From a virus, in the IMG/VR virus record IMGVR_UViG_3300024312_000003, positions 64,001 to 128,000 of that record: a stretch of 64,000 bases of DNA; one strand, 5' to 3'. A program made the translations under genes and the position numbers. Position 1 is the stretch's first letter. Every line of letters begins with the position of its first letter. Shown here one piece after another: positions 18,898 through 29,416 of this stretch. The notes under the pieces were generated by a model that made no database searches, was not told the DNA's origin, and saw only the letters and a program-made list of their open reading frames with translations.

Positions 18898-20919
18898 TTA
18901 AGATAATAATTGATTGAACTCGGTTTCACTCAAAATGGGAACTCCGAGTTTCTCGGCTTTTTGATACTTTGACTTTGGGTTTAATCCAGCAATCAAATAT
19001 GAAGTGTTTTTAGAAACAGATCCCGACACTTCACCACCATTGGACTTAATGATGGATTCATAACTTAGTCTTGGTTTGGATAAAGTTCCGGTTATAACAA
19101 ATGATTTACCAGAGAAGATATTGCTTACAGTTTCAACCTTGTCATATTGAATATTAACCAGGTTACTTAGTTCAACAATCTTATCCAGATTGTTTTTGAT
19201 GTAATTGATTACACTTGTTACTCTAGCTGGTCCAAAGCTATCAACCAAAGACAATTCATCTGCAGTTGTATTGATAAGCTCATCGACATGCTTAAAACGA
19301 TCTGCTAGTTTTTCAGAATATCCTTTATTGATACCGTCTATTGCTAGGGAGCAAATAAATCTAGAGAAAGAAACATCTCTGGATTTGTTAACCTGATCAA
19401 TTATGTTCTGAATTGTTTTATGTCCGTAACCAGCCAGTCTTCCAAGTACATTGTAATCAACTTTATAGATATCATTAGGCTCAGCAATAGCGTTTAAATC
19501 GATCAGATCGCTTATGGTTGCTTCTCCGAGACCATCTATGTCCATACACTGCTTCGATACGAAATAACTCAACCTGGTGAGTTTTTGATCGGGACACTTA
19601 AGATTGCCTGTACAGTAATGATCTGCTCCATCTTTTATAACAGCAGAACCACAAGACGGGCAACCGATTGGCGGAGTGTAGATTACCTCAGATCCATTAC
19701 GCATGTGTGTAACCGGCTCAACGACTTCAGGAACAACATCGCCCGCTCTTTGAACCACCACCCAATCGCCGATTCTCAAATCTTTTCTCAAAATTTCACC
19801 TTCATTGTGCAGTGTGCAATTGCTAACCGTCACACCGCCAACAAACACAGGTTCCAATTTAGCAACAGGATTAATTGTTCCTGTTCTTCCGACTTGATGA
19901 TCGATAGATAGTAGTTTTGTAATTACCTTCTGAGGCTCAAACTTATAAGCGAATGCCCATCTCGGAGCTGTTAGAGTATTACCCATCAGTTGCCGATGGT
20001 GTAAATTATCGATCTTGTAAACAATACCGTCTATTTCAAATGGTAAATCATTTCTGATTTCTTCTTGTGTTTTGAAATAACTCAAACAATCATCAATGCC
20101 TCTGAGTAGACGACTGTGTTTTTCAACATCTTCAAATCCGAGTAGTGAAAACAACCGAATATTGATGTGGTGTGATGTAACAGCAATATCCAAATCACTT
20201 CCACGAGTGTTCATTGCGTAAGGCATGAACATGGCGTCAGACATTTCTGCGTATTTTGTATCGAGTTGTCTGATAACACCAGCAATTGCGTTTCTGGTGT
20301 TCTTATATGGTTTTTGTTTATCTTTTTCTCTCTCAGCATTTAGAATACTCATACTGGACTTTGGTAGAATTATCTCACCAATAATTTCCAATATAGAATA
20401 TTCCGAACCTTCTTTTATATTTTTTATTTTCTTAGGAACATTTTTTATTTTGCTAACGGTGTGTGTTACGTTTTCACCTTCGACACCATTACCTCTTGTG
20501 ATTGCTTGCGATAGTACTCCATTGACGTAAATTAACTTACAAGATAATCCGTCATACTTTAGCTCAGCAACCATGTCGACAAAACTAGGTTGAATTTTAA
20601 GCAGATTGCAAATTGCAATAATTTTAGAAAATGCTTCGTCACGATTGAGAGCATTATCAAGGGACAGCATGGGTGTCTCGTGTTTGACTGCTTCTAGTTT
20701 CGTGGTGAAATCAGAACCCACCAACTGAGTAGGGCTATCGCTATCAATCAATTCAGGATGCTGTCTTTCGATTGACTCTAGTCTTTTCTTAAGCGAGTCG
20801 AATTCTTCATCACTGATGACGGGATCATTTAGATCGTAGTATTGTTTACTGAAATGAATCAGATTTGATTTCAGTTCTTTGTACTCTTTAGAAATTGATC
20901 CCGTCATTTTAAAACTCAC
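18898..20919 (-). CDS. ligA: NAD-dependent DNA ligase
   Basis: ELKYDG adenylation motif, TRGNG..GE, PRWAFAYKF, QVGRTG, Cys4 zinc finger (CPSC..C..C), HhH repeats, C-terminal BRCT. Confidence 0.98.
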   Translation of the reverse strand: MSFKMTGSISKEYKELKSNLIHFSKQYYDLNDPVISDEEFDSLKKRLESIERQHPELIDSDSPTQLVGSDFTTKLEAVKHETPMLSLDNALNRDEAFSKIIAICNLLKIQPSFVDMVAELKYDGLSCKLIYVNGVLSQAITRGNGVEGENVTHTVSKIKNVPKKIKNIKEGSEYSILEIIGEIILPKSSMSILNAEREKDKQKPYKNTRNAIAGVIRQLDTKYAEMSDAMFMPYAMNTRGSDLDIAVTSHHINIRLFSLLGFEDVEKHSRLLRGIDDCLSYFKTQEEIRNDLPFEIDGIVYKIDNLHHRQLMGNTLTAPRWAFAYKFEPQKVITKLLSIDHQVGRTGTINPVAKLEPVFVGGVTVSNCTLHNEGEILRKDLRIGDWVVVQRAGDVVPEVVEPVTHMRNGSEVIYTPPIGCPSCGSAVIKDGADHYCTGNLKCPDQKLTRLSYFVSKQCMDIDGLGEATISDLIDLNAIAEPNDIYKVDYNVLGRLAGYGHKTIQNIIDQVNKSRDVSFSRFICSLAIDGINKGYSEKLADRFKHVDELINTTADELSLVDSFGPARVTSVINYIKNNLDKIVELSNLVNIQYDKVETVSNIFSGKSFVITGTLSKPRLSYESIIKSNGGEVSGSVSKNTSYLIAGLNPKSKYQKAEKLGVPILSETEFNQLLS

Positions 20920-20921
20920 TT

Positions 20922-21356
20922 TTAAATCGTTCCATAAAGTCCAATTAGTCTCTGGACAGCTCGTTGATCTTCAGGATCACAATTCTTACTGGCTTGCTGA
21001 AGCAGTGATCCGTTCTCATGTTCCAGCGTGATTGTAAACTTTGTGATTTTTGAAGCCATTGTTCGAATGTAGTGACAAATCACAACTCTATTGACAACAT
21101 CCATGCTATACGACAAACCCGAACACAGAAGAGCCTCATCGTCTCTTTGGAATTTGGTTAAAGTTTCATCGTTGTGTAGTTCTACCAAACGCTGATAGGT
21201 GGGTTCGTATTTTTGTCTCAGCTCTTGAGCTGGATTTAATTCAGCATTAAAATTACTGCATTCTAGAGCAGTCTTATTAAGCAAAGTAACTAGTTGACGA
21301 AATGCCGAATCAGTCAACATCAGCTTCTTGGTGACTCTGGAAGGAATTTTAAGCAT
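20922..21356 (-). CDS. Hypothetical protein
   Basis: Packed between ligA and the DUF488-like gene. Confidence 0.7.
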   Translation of the reverse strand: MLKIPSRVTKKLMLTDSAFRQLVTLLNKTALECSNFNAELNPAQELRQKYEPTYQRLVELHNDETLTKFQRDDEALLCSGLSYSMDVVNRVVICHYIRTMASKITKFTITLEHENGSLLQQASKNCDPEDQRAVQRLIGLYGTI

Positions 21357-21762
21357 GTTGGTAAATCGTATCGTTATTAGGATGCGGAATTAATTCACCT
21401 TTGTATTCAACAGTCCGCCCATTCTGCTGAAGGTAACTAACCAATAAGTTTGTAAAAAGATATCGATGACAAAAGTTTCCAGCCGGACAATAGCAACCAA
21501 GTACTATATCTTTTTTATTTAGAAATTGATCCCACAATGACCTGTCTGTTTGCAGACTATGCATCATTTTCTCATGGTATCTTCTGGAATACTCTAACAT
21601 TCCTATTTGACCGCGTCTGTATTCGTAGAGGTCTTCCCAAGTTGGTGAAAAGGCTTGTATTCCTGATTTAACAGTTATATCAGTTATTTGAAGACCGAGA
21701 TCTTTAGCATATCTCCATCTGGCCATTTGTATGGTCCAGATCCATATAACATCATTACTCAT
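21349..21762 (-). CDS. DUF488-like protein (CYC...FCHR)
   Basis: AFSPTWE and LGCYCPAGNFCHR motifs. Confidence 0.55.
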   Translation of the reverse strand: MSNDVIWIWTIQMARWRYAKDLGLQITDITVKSGIQAFSPTWEDLYEYRRGQIGMLEYSRRYHEKMMHSLQTDRSLWDQFLNKKDIVLGCYCPAGNFCHRYLFTNLLVSYLQQNGRTVEYKGELIPHPNNDTIYQHA

Positions 21763-21853
21763 GATTGCTTGTATAGTTAACTATACTAATTGAGCAATCT
21801 GTAAAAAGTAACGAAATGAGCAGCATAAAAGAGAGGATAACCCTCTCTTTTAT

Positions 21854-22381
21854 TTATTTTGGACTAACGTTAACTTCACTGACGTCGTCGGGATATATAT
21901 TTGAAAATTCCCAATTTGGAAATAGAAGATCAATACCAGCCCAATTAACACTCAATGAGATTTGCCAGTCATTAAAAGAAATATCGTAGACGTACCGAAT
22001 ATGTGAATCTTCGGAATCAGAATCATCACAGTATCTAAATCCTTCTACTTTAAATCCTGGATTTGTTCTACATATCTCATTGAAATATCCATGAATACCA
22101 AATCTACCGCTTGAATAGATAAGCTTACTAAAAACAATACTTAGATTATCTTCAATGTTTTCAAAAGTATCTGAACTTTTAAGATTATGAATCTGAGCAT
22201 TTCTCAATCGGATACTAGGAATAATTTTCCTTTTTTTGATATCCGTAAGCGATCTTAAACTATCTAGAACTTGTTTTAAATTGCTAAGATAGGTTCTGTC
22301 GGTTTCTGAAATATACCGATCAGGAAACTTGATTCTATATGTGATGTTCTTGATAACATCAGTGGCATTAGTTGTCAACAT
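21854..22381 (-). CDS. Hypothetical protein
   Basis: Co-directional ORF. Confidence 0.6.
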   Translation of the reverse strand: MLTTNATDVIKNITYRIKFPDRYISETDRTYLSNLKQVLDSLRSLTDIKKRKIIPSIRLRNAQIHNLKSSDTFENIEDNLSIVFSKLIYSSGRFGIHGYFNEICRTNPGFKVEGFRYCDDSDSEDSHIRYVYDISFNDWQISLSVNWAGIDLLFPNWEFSNIYPDDVSEVNVSPK

Positions 22382-22383
22382 TT

Positions 22384-22599
22384 CTATTCTTGTTTAAATT
22401 CAGTTACAAACTTACCGTAATTGTCAACACCAAGTTTCTTCAGATCAGTCATCACTCCATTATCAGAATCAACTACTTTGAACGCTTTAGCATAAGCGCT
22501 TGATTCCAATAATTTACACATGTTATCCAAATCTCTGGATGATGCGCAAGAATATTCAGATCTGTTGTTTTCTATGGTTTGTACAATGATGGTTAACAT
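22384..22599 (-). CDS. Hypothetical protein
   Basis: Co-directional packed ORF. Confidence 0.6.
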   Translation of the reverse strand: MLTIIVQTIENNRSEYSCASSRDLDNMCKLLESSAYAKAFKVVDSDNGVMTDLKKLGVDNYGKFVTEFKQE

Positions 22600-22601
22600 A
22601 T

Positions 22602-23078
22602 TTAAATTTTCGTTACTCCGGAGTCTGACGATAATCGATCATGAATGATGTCAGTTGCTTTACGGATGTGTTTAGCAGGAACGTTAAAGATTACATCCAT
22701 GTATAGATCCAAAAGCATGTTCATGGCATGTTTGTCATCGTCTGGAATAATGTAATCTTTATTCTTTGCTTGGTTTTTAATGGTGTTCTTGATGACTTCA
22801 CAGATTTCAATACAGAATTCATTGGCTTGACCGCCAAGAATACCTGGAACACTAACTAGCGCATTGATTGTGTTGTAGACATCAAGCAGTTGATTTCTTT
22901 TAGTCAAATCTAGTTTATTGGATAACAAACTAGTAATTGCTTCTTGAGCTATTTCTACTCTTTTTAATTGTTCCGATTGACTTAACAAAGCAACTGATTG
23001 TTTTGCCAGTTCTATCGTTGATTTATAGTTTGCAATTTTTATATTTGACATATTTCTAATTATTTTAGTACAATGCAA
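22602..23078 (-). CDS. Hypothetical helical protein
   Basis: Co-directional packed ORF. Confidence 0.6.
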   Translation of the reverse strand: MHCTKIIRNMSNIKIANYKSTIELAKQSVALLSQSEQLKRVEIAQEAITSLLSNKLDLTKRNQLLDVYNTINALVSVPGILGGQANEFCIEICEVIKNTIKNQAKNKDYIIPDDDKHAMNMLLDLYMDVIFNVPAKHIRKATDIIHDRLSSDSGVTKI

Positions 23079-23314
23079 TCTTTGATTTCTTCAGGGAAAT
23101 AAAACTTTTTGTTGTTCTTAAAGTTAGAGTCAAGAATGATGGTGATGTTTTTAATATTACCATCTATGTTAGTCAGTGTAGATACAATGCCCTCGTGCCA
23201 AATACTACTTTGTTTTAAACAGAATTTAACCAATGTACCTACTAAAGGTATTTTACACTCTTGTCTAATCTCTTCGAAAACAGCAGCCATGTTAACTCCG
23301 TGAGAATAAGTCAC
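23060..23314 (-). CDS. Hypothetical protein
   Basis: Co-directional ORF. Confidence 0.55.
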   Translation of the reverse strand: MTYSHGVNMAAVFEEIRQECKIPLVGTLVKFCLKQSSIWHEGIVSTLTNIDGNIKNITIILDSNFKNNKKFYFPEEIKDCIVLK

Positions 23315-23380
23315 ATTAAATGGTGAAGTAATAAAAACTATTTTATGAGTTGTTTTGATTCAACTTCTAAGGAAATAAAA

Positions 23381-23674
23381 ATGCTGAATATTACTCTTAT
23401 TGACAACTGGAAATCTGCTTATCGTTTTTACACGATTTGGATTTATTCTTTTATTATTGGTTTTCCAAGTCTTTGGAATGAATTGGTTGCGGCTGGCGTT
23501 ATTCAGAGCGACACATTGCCTGCTGAATTTAAGGCTGCCTTAGCTGTCATTGGTACAATCGGTATTGCTTCTCGAATAGTGAAGCAAAATTTAGAGAAGA
23601 TTACACAAGACGCTGCTGCTAAACTGCAAGCAGAGCAAGCCGATTCTGGATCTTCAGAATCAAGCTCTAAGTAA
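23381..23674 (+). CDS. Holin-like two-TM membrane protein
   Basis: AAGGAAATAAAAATG at 23381; LIDNWKSAYRFYTIW start typical of small phage holin-like proteins; two hydrophobic helices; ARIVKQ-like end. Confidence 0.6.
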   Translation: MLNITLIDNWKSAYRFYTIWIYSFIIGFPSLWNELVAAGVIQSDTLPAEFKAALAVIGTIGIASRIVKQNLEKITQDAAAKLQAEQADSGSSESSSK

Positions 23675-23679
23675 AAAAA

Positions 23680-23705
23680 AAAGAGAGGGAGCAATCCCTC
23701 TCTTT
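23680..23705. terminator. Bidirectional terminator between convergent genes
   Basis: AAAGAGAGGGA-GCAA-TCCCTCTCTTT with A-run on the left. Confidence 0.8.
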
Positions 23706-23719
23706 ATGCCTGAGGCATT

Positions 23720-24526
23720 TTAAGTCTTTGGTAGAGTTACTTCAGGTTTTTGTCCCTGATATTTACCACCTCGATCAGAATAAGTTACTCTCGGTCGTTT
23801 GCCTCGATAGAACTGAATCTGAAGCCCGCCTTCATTAGCGTAAAGCTTAGCAGGTAGTGGAGTGGTGTTAGCAAATTCCAAAGTCAAATAACCATTCCAT
23901 CCTGGCTCAACAGGAGTTACGAGACAGTTAATCCCAACTCGCGCAATGGTTGACTTACCCACACAAATACCAACGACATCATCAGGCATGTGGAACATTT
24001 CCACAGTTCTGGCCAATACAAAGGAGTTTGGTGGAATGATGCAAACATCACCTTCGTGATGGACAAAAGCTTTTTCATCAAAAGCTTTTGGATCAACAAT
24101 TGTGTTGTTGATATTCGTAAAGATTTTGAATTCAGGAGCAATTCTGAAATCATATCCAAACGAAGAAAGTCCATAACTTAGAATTTTCTCATTCTTTTCA
24201 TTCCTATTTACAGAATGATTAACAAATGGGAAAATCATTGGTTTTGTTTCGAGTTTTAAAACATTATCTAAATTCAAATCTACCAATTTAATACTGGTGA
24301 TTTCATCTTGAAATGATTTTCCAACTCGATTAGATAACTCTAATGTGAAAAGGTGTTCAAACTTATCAGACGTTATCTTTTCATTGTAAGGTATCTTTTC
24401 TAGAAACCATTTCAATTGAAAATCTTCTAGTCCGATATAAGTAGACTCTTGTCCAGATTGTTCTACTTCCAATACGGCGGATACTTGACAAAGTTGTTCA
24501 ATCTCATGATCGCAAAGAATAGTCAT
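23720..24526 (-). CDS. dcd: dCTP deaminase with an N-terminal insertion of about 80 aa
   Basis: [44 protein letters not shown]. Confidence 0.93.
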   Translation of the reverse strand: MTILCDHEIEQLCQVSAVLEVEQSGQESTYIGLEDFQLKWFLEKIPYNEKITSDKFEHLFTLELSNRVGKSFQDEITSIKLVDLNLDNVLKLETKPMIFPFVNHSVNRNEKNEKILSYGLSSFGYDFRIAPEFKIFTNINNTIVDPKAFDEKAFVHHEGDVCIIPPNSFVLARTVEMFHMPDDVVGICVGKSTIARVGINCLVTPVEPGWNGYLTLEFANTTPLPAKLYANEGGLQIQFYRGKRPRVTYSDRGGKYQGQKPEVTLPKT

Positions 24527-24529
24527 GAT

Positions 24530-26176
24530 TTATTCAAGTCCATTAATAAAATATTTAGTTTTGAATTTACCAGACGTAACAATCACTGTTGCTCCTTCAA
24601 CGTAATAGCCAAGAATAATCTTTTCTTCGTCCGTGCGAATCATGTTCTGTCGGCAATATTGTTCAATTACTGAACGATAAGAGTGCAGTTCATGGAGAAT
24701 TACTTCCGGGAACAAAGGAGTTGGGACTTCAAGTATTGCTTTCTCGCTGATGAATGCAAAATATTCATGATTGTTAAGTTCAGAATTACGAATACCGACA
24801 ACATCAACCTTTTCGGGAAGATTAAAAACGTGACGATCGATCGGATGAACAAAACTAAAGGAGCAAGTGGTCTTCCGATTGTCGATTTGATCATACCTAA
24901 AAATAGGTTTAGCTTCTTGATTAACCATTTGAGAAATCATCTCAAAATTTTTACAAGTGCTATTCAAAACCAATTCAATAGAATCCGCTTTATTGAGAAC
25001 ATCTCTTTTAAAGACATTCCAAGTAATGGAACCACCATCAGTAATGTTGATTTGCTTATCGTCAATTTTCTTATCTTCTTTAGAAGTTAGGTTGTCAAAT
25101 GGAGTGCCTGAAACAACAGGTTCTTCGATTTTCTTTGGAGTCCAACTATAATCATTGACGTCCTCAGGGGTAGCGAAACGCTGAGGGAGAGAGTCAAACA
25201 AACCCAGTTCAATAAATTCCTTTTTAGCTTGTTCGATCAGTTGTTGAGAAGGCGCTACAGTTGGACGAAGATAGTTCTCAGGTTTTGTGTTTGTCAGGAA
25301 TGAATTAATAGCGTAGTTATTGGTAAGAGTTTTAAGACGGATAGAGTCTTGCAGATCTTCAATAAATTGTCCAATAACTCCGTTCTTAAAATTAATAACA
25401 TCAGGAGTATTGTTGGTAACAATTTCCCAAATCAGATTTGATTTTTGTTTTGAAGACTGCTTCGAGCGATCCCATTCTTCAAAAATAGCTAGGAATTTCT
25501 GAAGAGTAGCTTTATGTTTTTGTCGAGTTTTGATTTCGGCGTGATTTTCGAATAGATGGGTAGCTAGTTCAAGTGCTTCTTTATAGTGCGGACTTGACTT
25601 ATAGATGCCGAAAGTATTTGTTACAAACTTATGATCCTGAATGGTTTTAGAAATCATCTTACCGATTTCGCGTTCACCATTTGTAAATGTTTTAAGTTTT
25701 GCATTAAAATTCAGGTGATTAAAACCATCCCATACTTTAAAACCAAACTGAGTTTCATTTGAAGTATAGCCAAAACGAATCTTAGAAGATTCGACAGTAT
25801 TCTTCATTGACTCGAACGACTTTTCAAACTTTGGGTCTTCTGAATAGTTAGACCAAATCAGAGATTTGATTTTGTACTCACCATCAAGATATGCAAGAGA
25901 TCCAAACTTCTTGATGAAGTGATAACAACAATCACAATTGAATCGTTGTCGATGTTCTTCAGGAATACCCATCAGATATTCCACGAACAATGGATTCTTT
26001 GCGTATTTCTTACCAACGATTGGAACGATGCCAGGAATAACAGGTTCTTCATCCAAATGTTTAATATCAACAGAATAAACAGATAGATTAGGATTCAGAT
26101 CAAAAATATCACGAACAGCATTGGTGATCATGGTATCGAGCTTATCGTGATTAAAATCAATAACGATGTCAGTCAT
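24530..26176 (-). CDS. Large conserved phage protein of unknown function (RQxFNCxCC..FIK.FG motif)
   Basis: 548 aa; AAGGAAACTAAAATG start. Confidence 0.75.
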   Translation of the reverse strand: MTDIVIDFNHDKLDTMITNAVRDIFDLNPNLSVYSVDIKHLDEEPVIPGIVPIVGKKYAKNPLFVEYLMGIPEEHRQRFNCDCCYHFIKKFGSLAYLDGEYKIKSLIWSNYSEDPKFEKSFESMKNTVESSKIRFGYTSNETQFGFKVWDGFNHLNFNAKLKTFTNGEREIGKMISKTIQDHKFVTNTFGIYKSSPHYKEALELATHLFENHAEIKTRQKHKATLQKFLAIFEEWDRSKQSSKQKSNLIWEIVTNNTPDVINFKNGVIGQFIEDLQDSIRLKTLTNNYAINSFLTNTKPENYLRPTVAPSQQLIEQAKKEFIELGLFDSLPQRFATPEDVNDYSWTPKKIEEPVVSGTPFDNLTSKEDKKIDDKQINITDGGSITWNVFKRDVLNKADSIELVLNSTCKNFEMISQMVNQEAKPIFRYDQIDNRKTTCSFSFVHPIDRHVFNLPEKVDVVGIRNSELNNHEYFAFISEKAILEVPTPLFPEVILHELHSYRSVIEQYCRQNMIRTDEEKIILGYYVEGATVIVTSGKFKTKYFINGLE

Positions 26177-26244
26177 TTTAGTTTCCTTTATTTAAAAGAT
26201 ATAAATAAGAGTAATGGGTCAATCCCATTACTCTTATATGTTTC

Positions 26245-26988
26245 TTACTTATTCAGAAGCATTTCTAGGACAATCTTAGTCCAAGGTTCGGCTTTACCAG
26301 TGTCAAGAATCTCCTGCATATCCATGTCACCAATCATCTCAATACCTTCATTTTCTTCATTGGACTTGAAGGTAACATTTTCATCAATGTCAAATACAGT
26401 GACAAGTGCGAAATGATAGATGCCAACGTCCTTATCGTTATCGATAAGAATGAATTGCGGGACAGAATCAAAAAGCAGATGAGAAATGGTTTCATCACTC
26501 ATCTCGTCAGATTGAGAAGATAGCTCTTCGCGAATCTCGCGACATTTAGATTGTTGAATAGTCAGGAACAAATCAATTGAACCCGGCACTGCTTCGAAAC
26601 CGATGGTTCCTTCAACCGGAACACCCTTAGGCATGACGTCATCAATTTCAATATGACCTCCAAACCCAACACTATAGTTACCGAGAAGTCGCTCTTCTCC
26701 CAAGCCCTTTGCTCGACGATAGGTAACAAGCTTGTTACCTTTACGGAAAACAGTGTAAGGTAGAATTTGACGGAACTGACTGTTCTTTTCAAGACCAGCG
26801 CGTCGGCCGATGAAAAGGTGGTCTTCAAGTTGTTCTGTGAATTCTTCAAAATCAAGACCAAGAATCTCTTTCTTTTCTTGAATCTGATATCGTTCATGAA
26901 GAGTTTCAAAATAACTCACCAGTGCGCTTGACTGAATTGCGAGAATGAATTCTTGATGCTTTTTTGCAGGTTGTTGATTTTGCGACAT
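26245..26988 (-). CDS. NUDIX-family hydrolase/phosphoesterase
   Basis: RAGLEKNSQFRQILPY..YRR....EERL.G..S.GFGGHIE and REIREEL Nudix box remnant. Confidence 0.8.
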   Translation of the reverse strand: MSQNQQPAKKHQEFILAIQSSALVSYFETLHERYQIQEKKEILGLDFEEFTEQLEDHLFIGRRAGLEKNSQFRQILPYTVFRKGNKLVTYRRAKGLGEERLLGNYSVGFGGHIEIDDVMPKGVPVEGTIGFEAVPGSIDLFLTIQQSKCREIREELSSQSDEMSDETISHLLFDSVPQFILIDNDKDVGIYHFALVTVFDIDENVTFKSNEENEGIEMIGDMDMQEILDTGKAEPWTKIVLEMLLNK

Positions 26989-27057
26989 GTGTGGCTTTCG
27001 TGCAATCGGGTTTAAACAGGACTACCATGTCATATGGTAGTCCTGTATTTTTTAGCA

Positions 27058-27606
27058 CTAGTTCATAGCCATAAGAAGTAATGTCGGGAAGCTATCTTGC
27101 TTAACAGCTACCTGAAATTTCTTTTGGTGATTTGTGACTTTACGATAGTATTGGTTAGCGCCACCTGAATAACAAGACACCGCTTTGCGGATATTATTCT
27201 TGTTTTTCTGAATACACTCAACCAAGACGTCAACACCAACATCCACATTCACCACCGGATTATAGATGTTACGATTTCCTATCTTGTCACGATGCCAACG
27301 CGGAATAACCTGCATTAGCCCAGCGGCACCAGCAAATGATTTAGCGCGAGTATTGAACTCACTTTCTTGCAAAATCATGCCGAGCACAAAGTGTGGGTCA
27401 AGCCCATTTGTTTGCGATTTCGCATACACCATCCGAACTGTTTCTCGAATCCTTTCTTCGTTCATGTTCGTTTTGGTGTTCTCGGTAATCCAAATCACAA
27501 TCTTTTCTTGTTCTGTATAAGAATCAATGAAGTTTGCAATTGGATCAGCCAAGACTGTCATTGAAATAAAAAACCCAATGACAAAAGCTAAAGTTTTTTT
27601 CATCAT
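27058..27606 (-). CDS. SLT-family lytic transglycosylase with Sec signal peptide
   Basis: ILQESEFNTRAKS.AGAAGLMQV, NVDVG..L, CYSGG; likely start MMKKTLAFVIGFFISMTVLA at 27606. Confidence 0.9.
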   Translation of the reverse strand: MMKKTLAFVIGFFISMTVLADPIANFIDSYTEQEKIVIWITENTKTNMNEERIRETVRMVYAKSQTNGLDPHFVLGMILQESEFNTRAKSFAGAAGLMQVIPRWHRDKIGNRNIYNPVVNVDVGVDVLVECIQKNKNNIRKAVSCYSGGANQYYRKVTNHQKKFQVAVKQDSFPTLLLMAMN

Positions 27607-28023
27607 ACTTTCTATAACCTTAAGGTTTTGGGAACACTGATGAAAGTTCCCGTTTGAAAAATACTTCCGAAGAAGCCCAAGAGCTGAATTGCATCTCAAT
27701 CCAAACTTAGTATCTTTCGATGTTTGAATTATGCTGGAGTGCCTTTACTGATCGTGGTTTTAGCACTCATTCAGGTTGTGATCGTTTTAAGTCAGATCAA
27801 AGACTTTTAACAGACTGTTTATCTGTCAGTTTTTTGGTAAATTTTGTTCACCAAATTTTGCCAATCAGATACGAAGTCATAGTCATCGAATTCACGACGT
27901 AGTGATCATTTACGTCACGAACTTTAAATCCTCCATCGTATCGCATTTTGATATTTGCAACCACATCAGGAGTGACGGTTCCGACATAACAGACTTCGTT
28001 ACCGATTTGCATGAAAGTTGATT

Positions 28024-28779
28024 TCATTTTACGAATCTCCTAATAAATCTCTTTAAAAGAGAGGGTTTTTCTCGCTCAAGTTTTATTTCTTGAACAAGTT
28101 CTTTGATTGAAGAGTTAAGATTCTGTAACTCTTCAACGATTTCTGATCTCATACTTGAGACAGAATCAGTAATGGTGGAATGTCCTGAAGTCAACACTGA
28201 TGCTGTTAATGTTTGTTCTAGTTTACCAGTTGATACAGTATCGTTTACTAGTTGTGAAAAAGCATCATCTCCAGATTGAGTTAATTCAAAATGAACGGGC
28301 TTGTATGTTTTAAGACTATCATTACTATTGATAATACTAATTGTGGATAAATTAGAAATTATAGATTCGATATTCTCTTGTTTGTCTTCTGGTTTTGAGT
28401 CGTACTTTTTCATGATGTCTTTAAGTATGTTTTCGACATCATGATCTGGTTTATTCTTTGATTCAATCTTTTTGAGATTACTGTATAAAGTAACCCAAGC
28501 TCTGTGCTTCAATTCCCAGAATGCTTCGATTGGTTGATTTGTTTGATCATTGAAATCTTCGAAGTCGAAAGGAAGATTCAAAGATATCGAATAAACGATC
28601 TTGTCATTTACGATACTTGAATCTACTTTAAACGATACCTGAAAAACAAACTCATTAGACTGAACTTGCATGTGGATTTTAGTATCATCCAACGTTACAT
28701 GATTCAGTCTGTTTTCTTGATAAATCAATTGTCTGATGTTATTAATCGAAGATTTGTATTTTTCGATTTTTTCAAACAT
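28024..28779 (-). CDS. Hypothetical protein with C-terminal coiled coil
   Basis: 251-aa ORF. Confidence 0.6.
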   Translation of the reverse strand: MFEKIEKYKSSINNIRQLIYQENRLNHVTLDDTKIHMQVQSNEFVFQVSFKVDSSIVNDKIVYSISLNLPFDFEDFNDQTNQPIEAFWELKHRAWVTLYSNLKKIESKNKPDHDVENILKDIMKKYDSKPEDKQENIESIISNLSTISIINSNDSLKTYKPVHFELTQSGDDAFSQLVNDTVSTGKLEQTLTASVLTSGHSTITDSVSSMRSEIVEELQNLNSSIKELVQEIKLEREKPSLLKRFIRRFVK

Positions 28780-28952
28780 TGCTCGTCTTCCTTTTTAACA
28801 ATATTTGTTTTTGGTTTACTCTTGACTTGGTATTTGTACATTAAAGACTTAACATCAGAAGTTACAATTCCAAAAAAGAATATCTCACCATTGAGCATAC
28901 AGAGTTTTTGAGTATTTGGAATATTTGGAAGATAGACTAATTGCGAGATCAT
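28725..28952 (-). CDS. Hypothetical protein
   Basis: Co-directional ORF. Confidence 0.5.
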   Translation of the reverse strand: MISQLVYLPNIPNTQKLCMLNGEIFFFGIVTSDVKSLMYKYQVKSKPKTNIVKKEDEQCLKKSKNTNLRLITSDN

Positions 28953-28964
28953 ATTCTACCTTCC

Positions 28965-29354
28965 TTAATCTTCTAACAAAGGCTGCCATTCTTGCGGGAA
29001 TGAACAATTAACAGCCGTCTTAAACAATGGTGCAATATGGCGGTCTTTATAACCAGCCAACCCGCATCCCACTGCTGTAACAAAGAACTTCTTACCATCT
29101 CCGTAATTGCGAGTGTAGTCGCAAAATTCTTTGATTCTGAATTCGATGTCTTCGAGTGGCAGAGTCTGGATGTATTGATCTTTTGTAGGTATGGCGTAGG
29201 TATTGCCTCGCAAACCAATACCTACGCCATACTTGGCTCCAAACCTAATAGCTGCTTTGGCAGCACCAGCACCATGAATGCCTGCTAGATTAGATCCAAA
29301 TACGAATATCTCACCGTTCTGTGGTAGTGTGCCATTTTGATGATAAGTTCTCAT
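28965..29354 (-). CDS. A1S_2505-like phage protein (macro-domain-like)
   Basis: EIFVFGSNLAGIHGAGAA..A..FGA.YG.G.GL.G.TYAIPTK...VTAVGCGLAG. Confidence 0.8.
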   Translation of the reverse strand: MRTYHQNGTLPQNGEIFVFGSNLAGIHGAGAAKAAIRFGAKYGVGIGLRGNTYAIPTKDQYIQTLPLEDIEFRIKEFCDYTRNYGDGKKFFVTAVGCGLAGYKDRHIAPLFKTAVNCSFPQEWQPLLED

Positions 29355-29416
29355 TGTTTATTCTCCGACATAAGTGACTGGTCTTTTTAGTTACCAGTCA
29401 CTTATGTTTTTATTAA

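Noticed and set aside
24270-24490. Intein in dcd
   Set aside because: No Cys/Ser start, His-Asn end or block B motif
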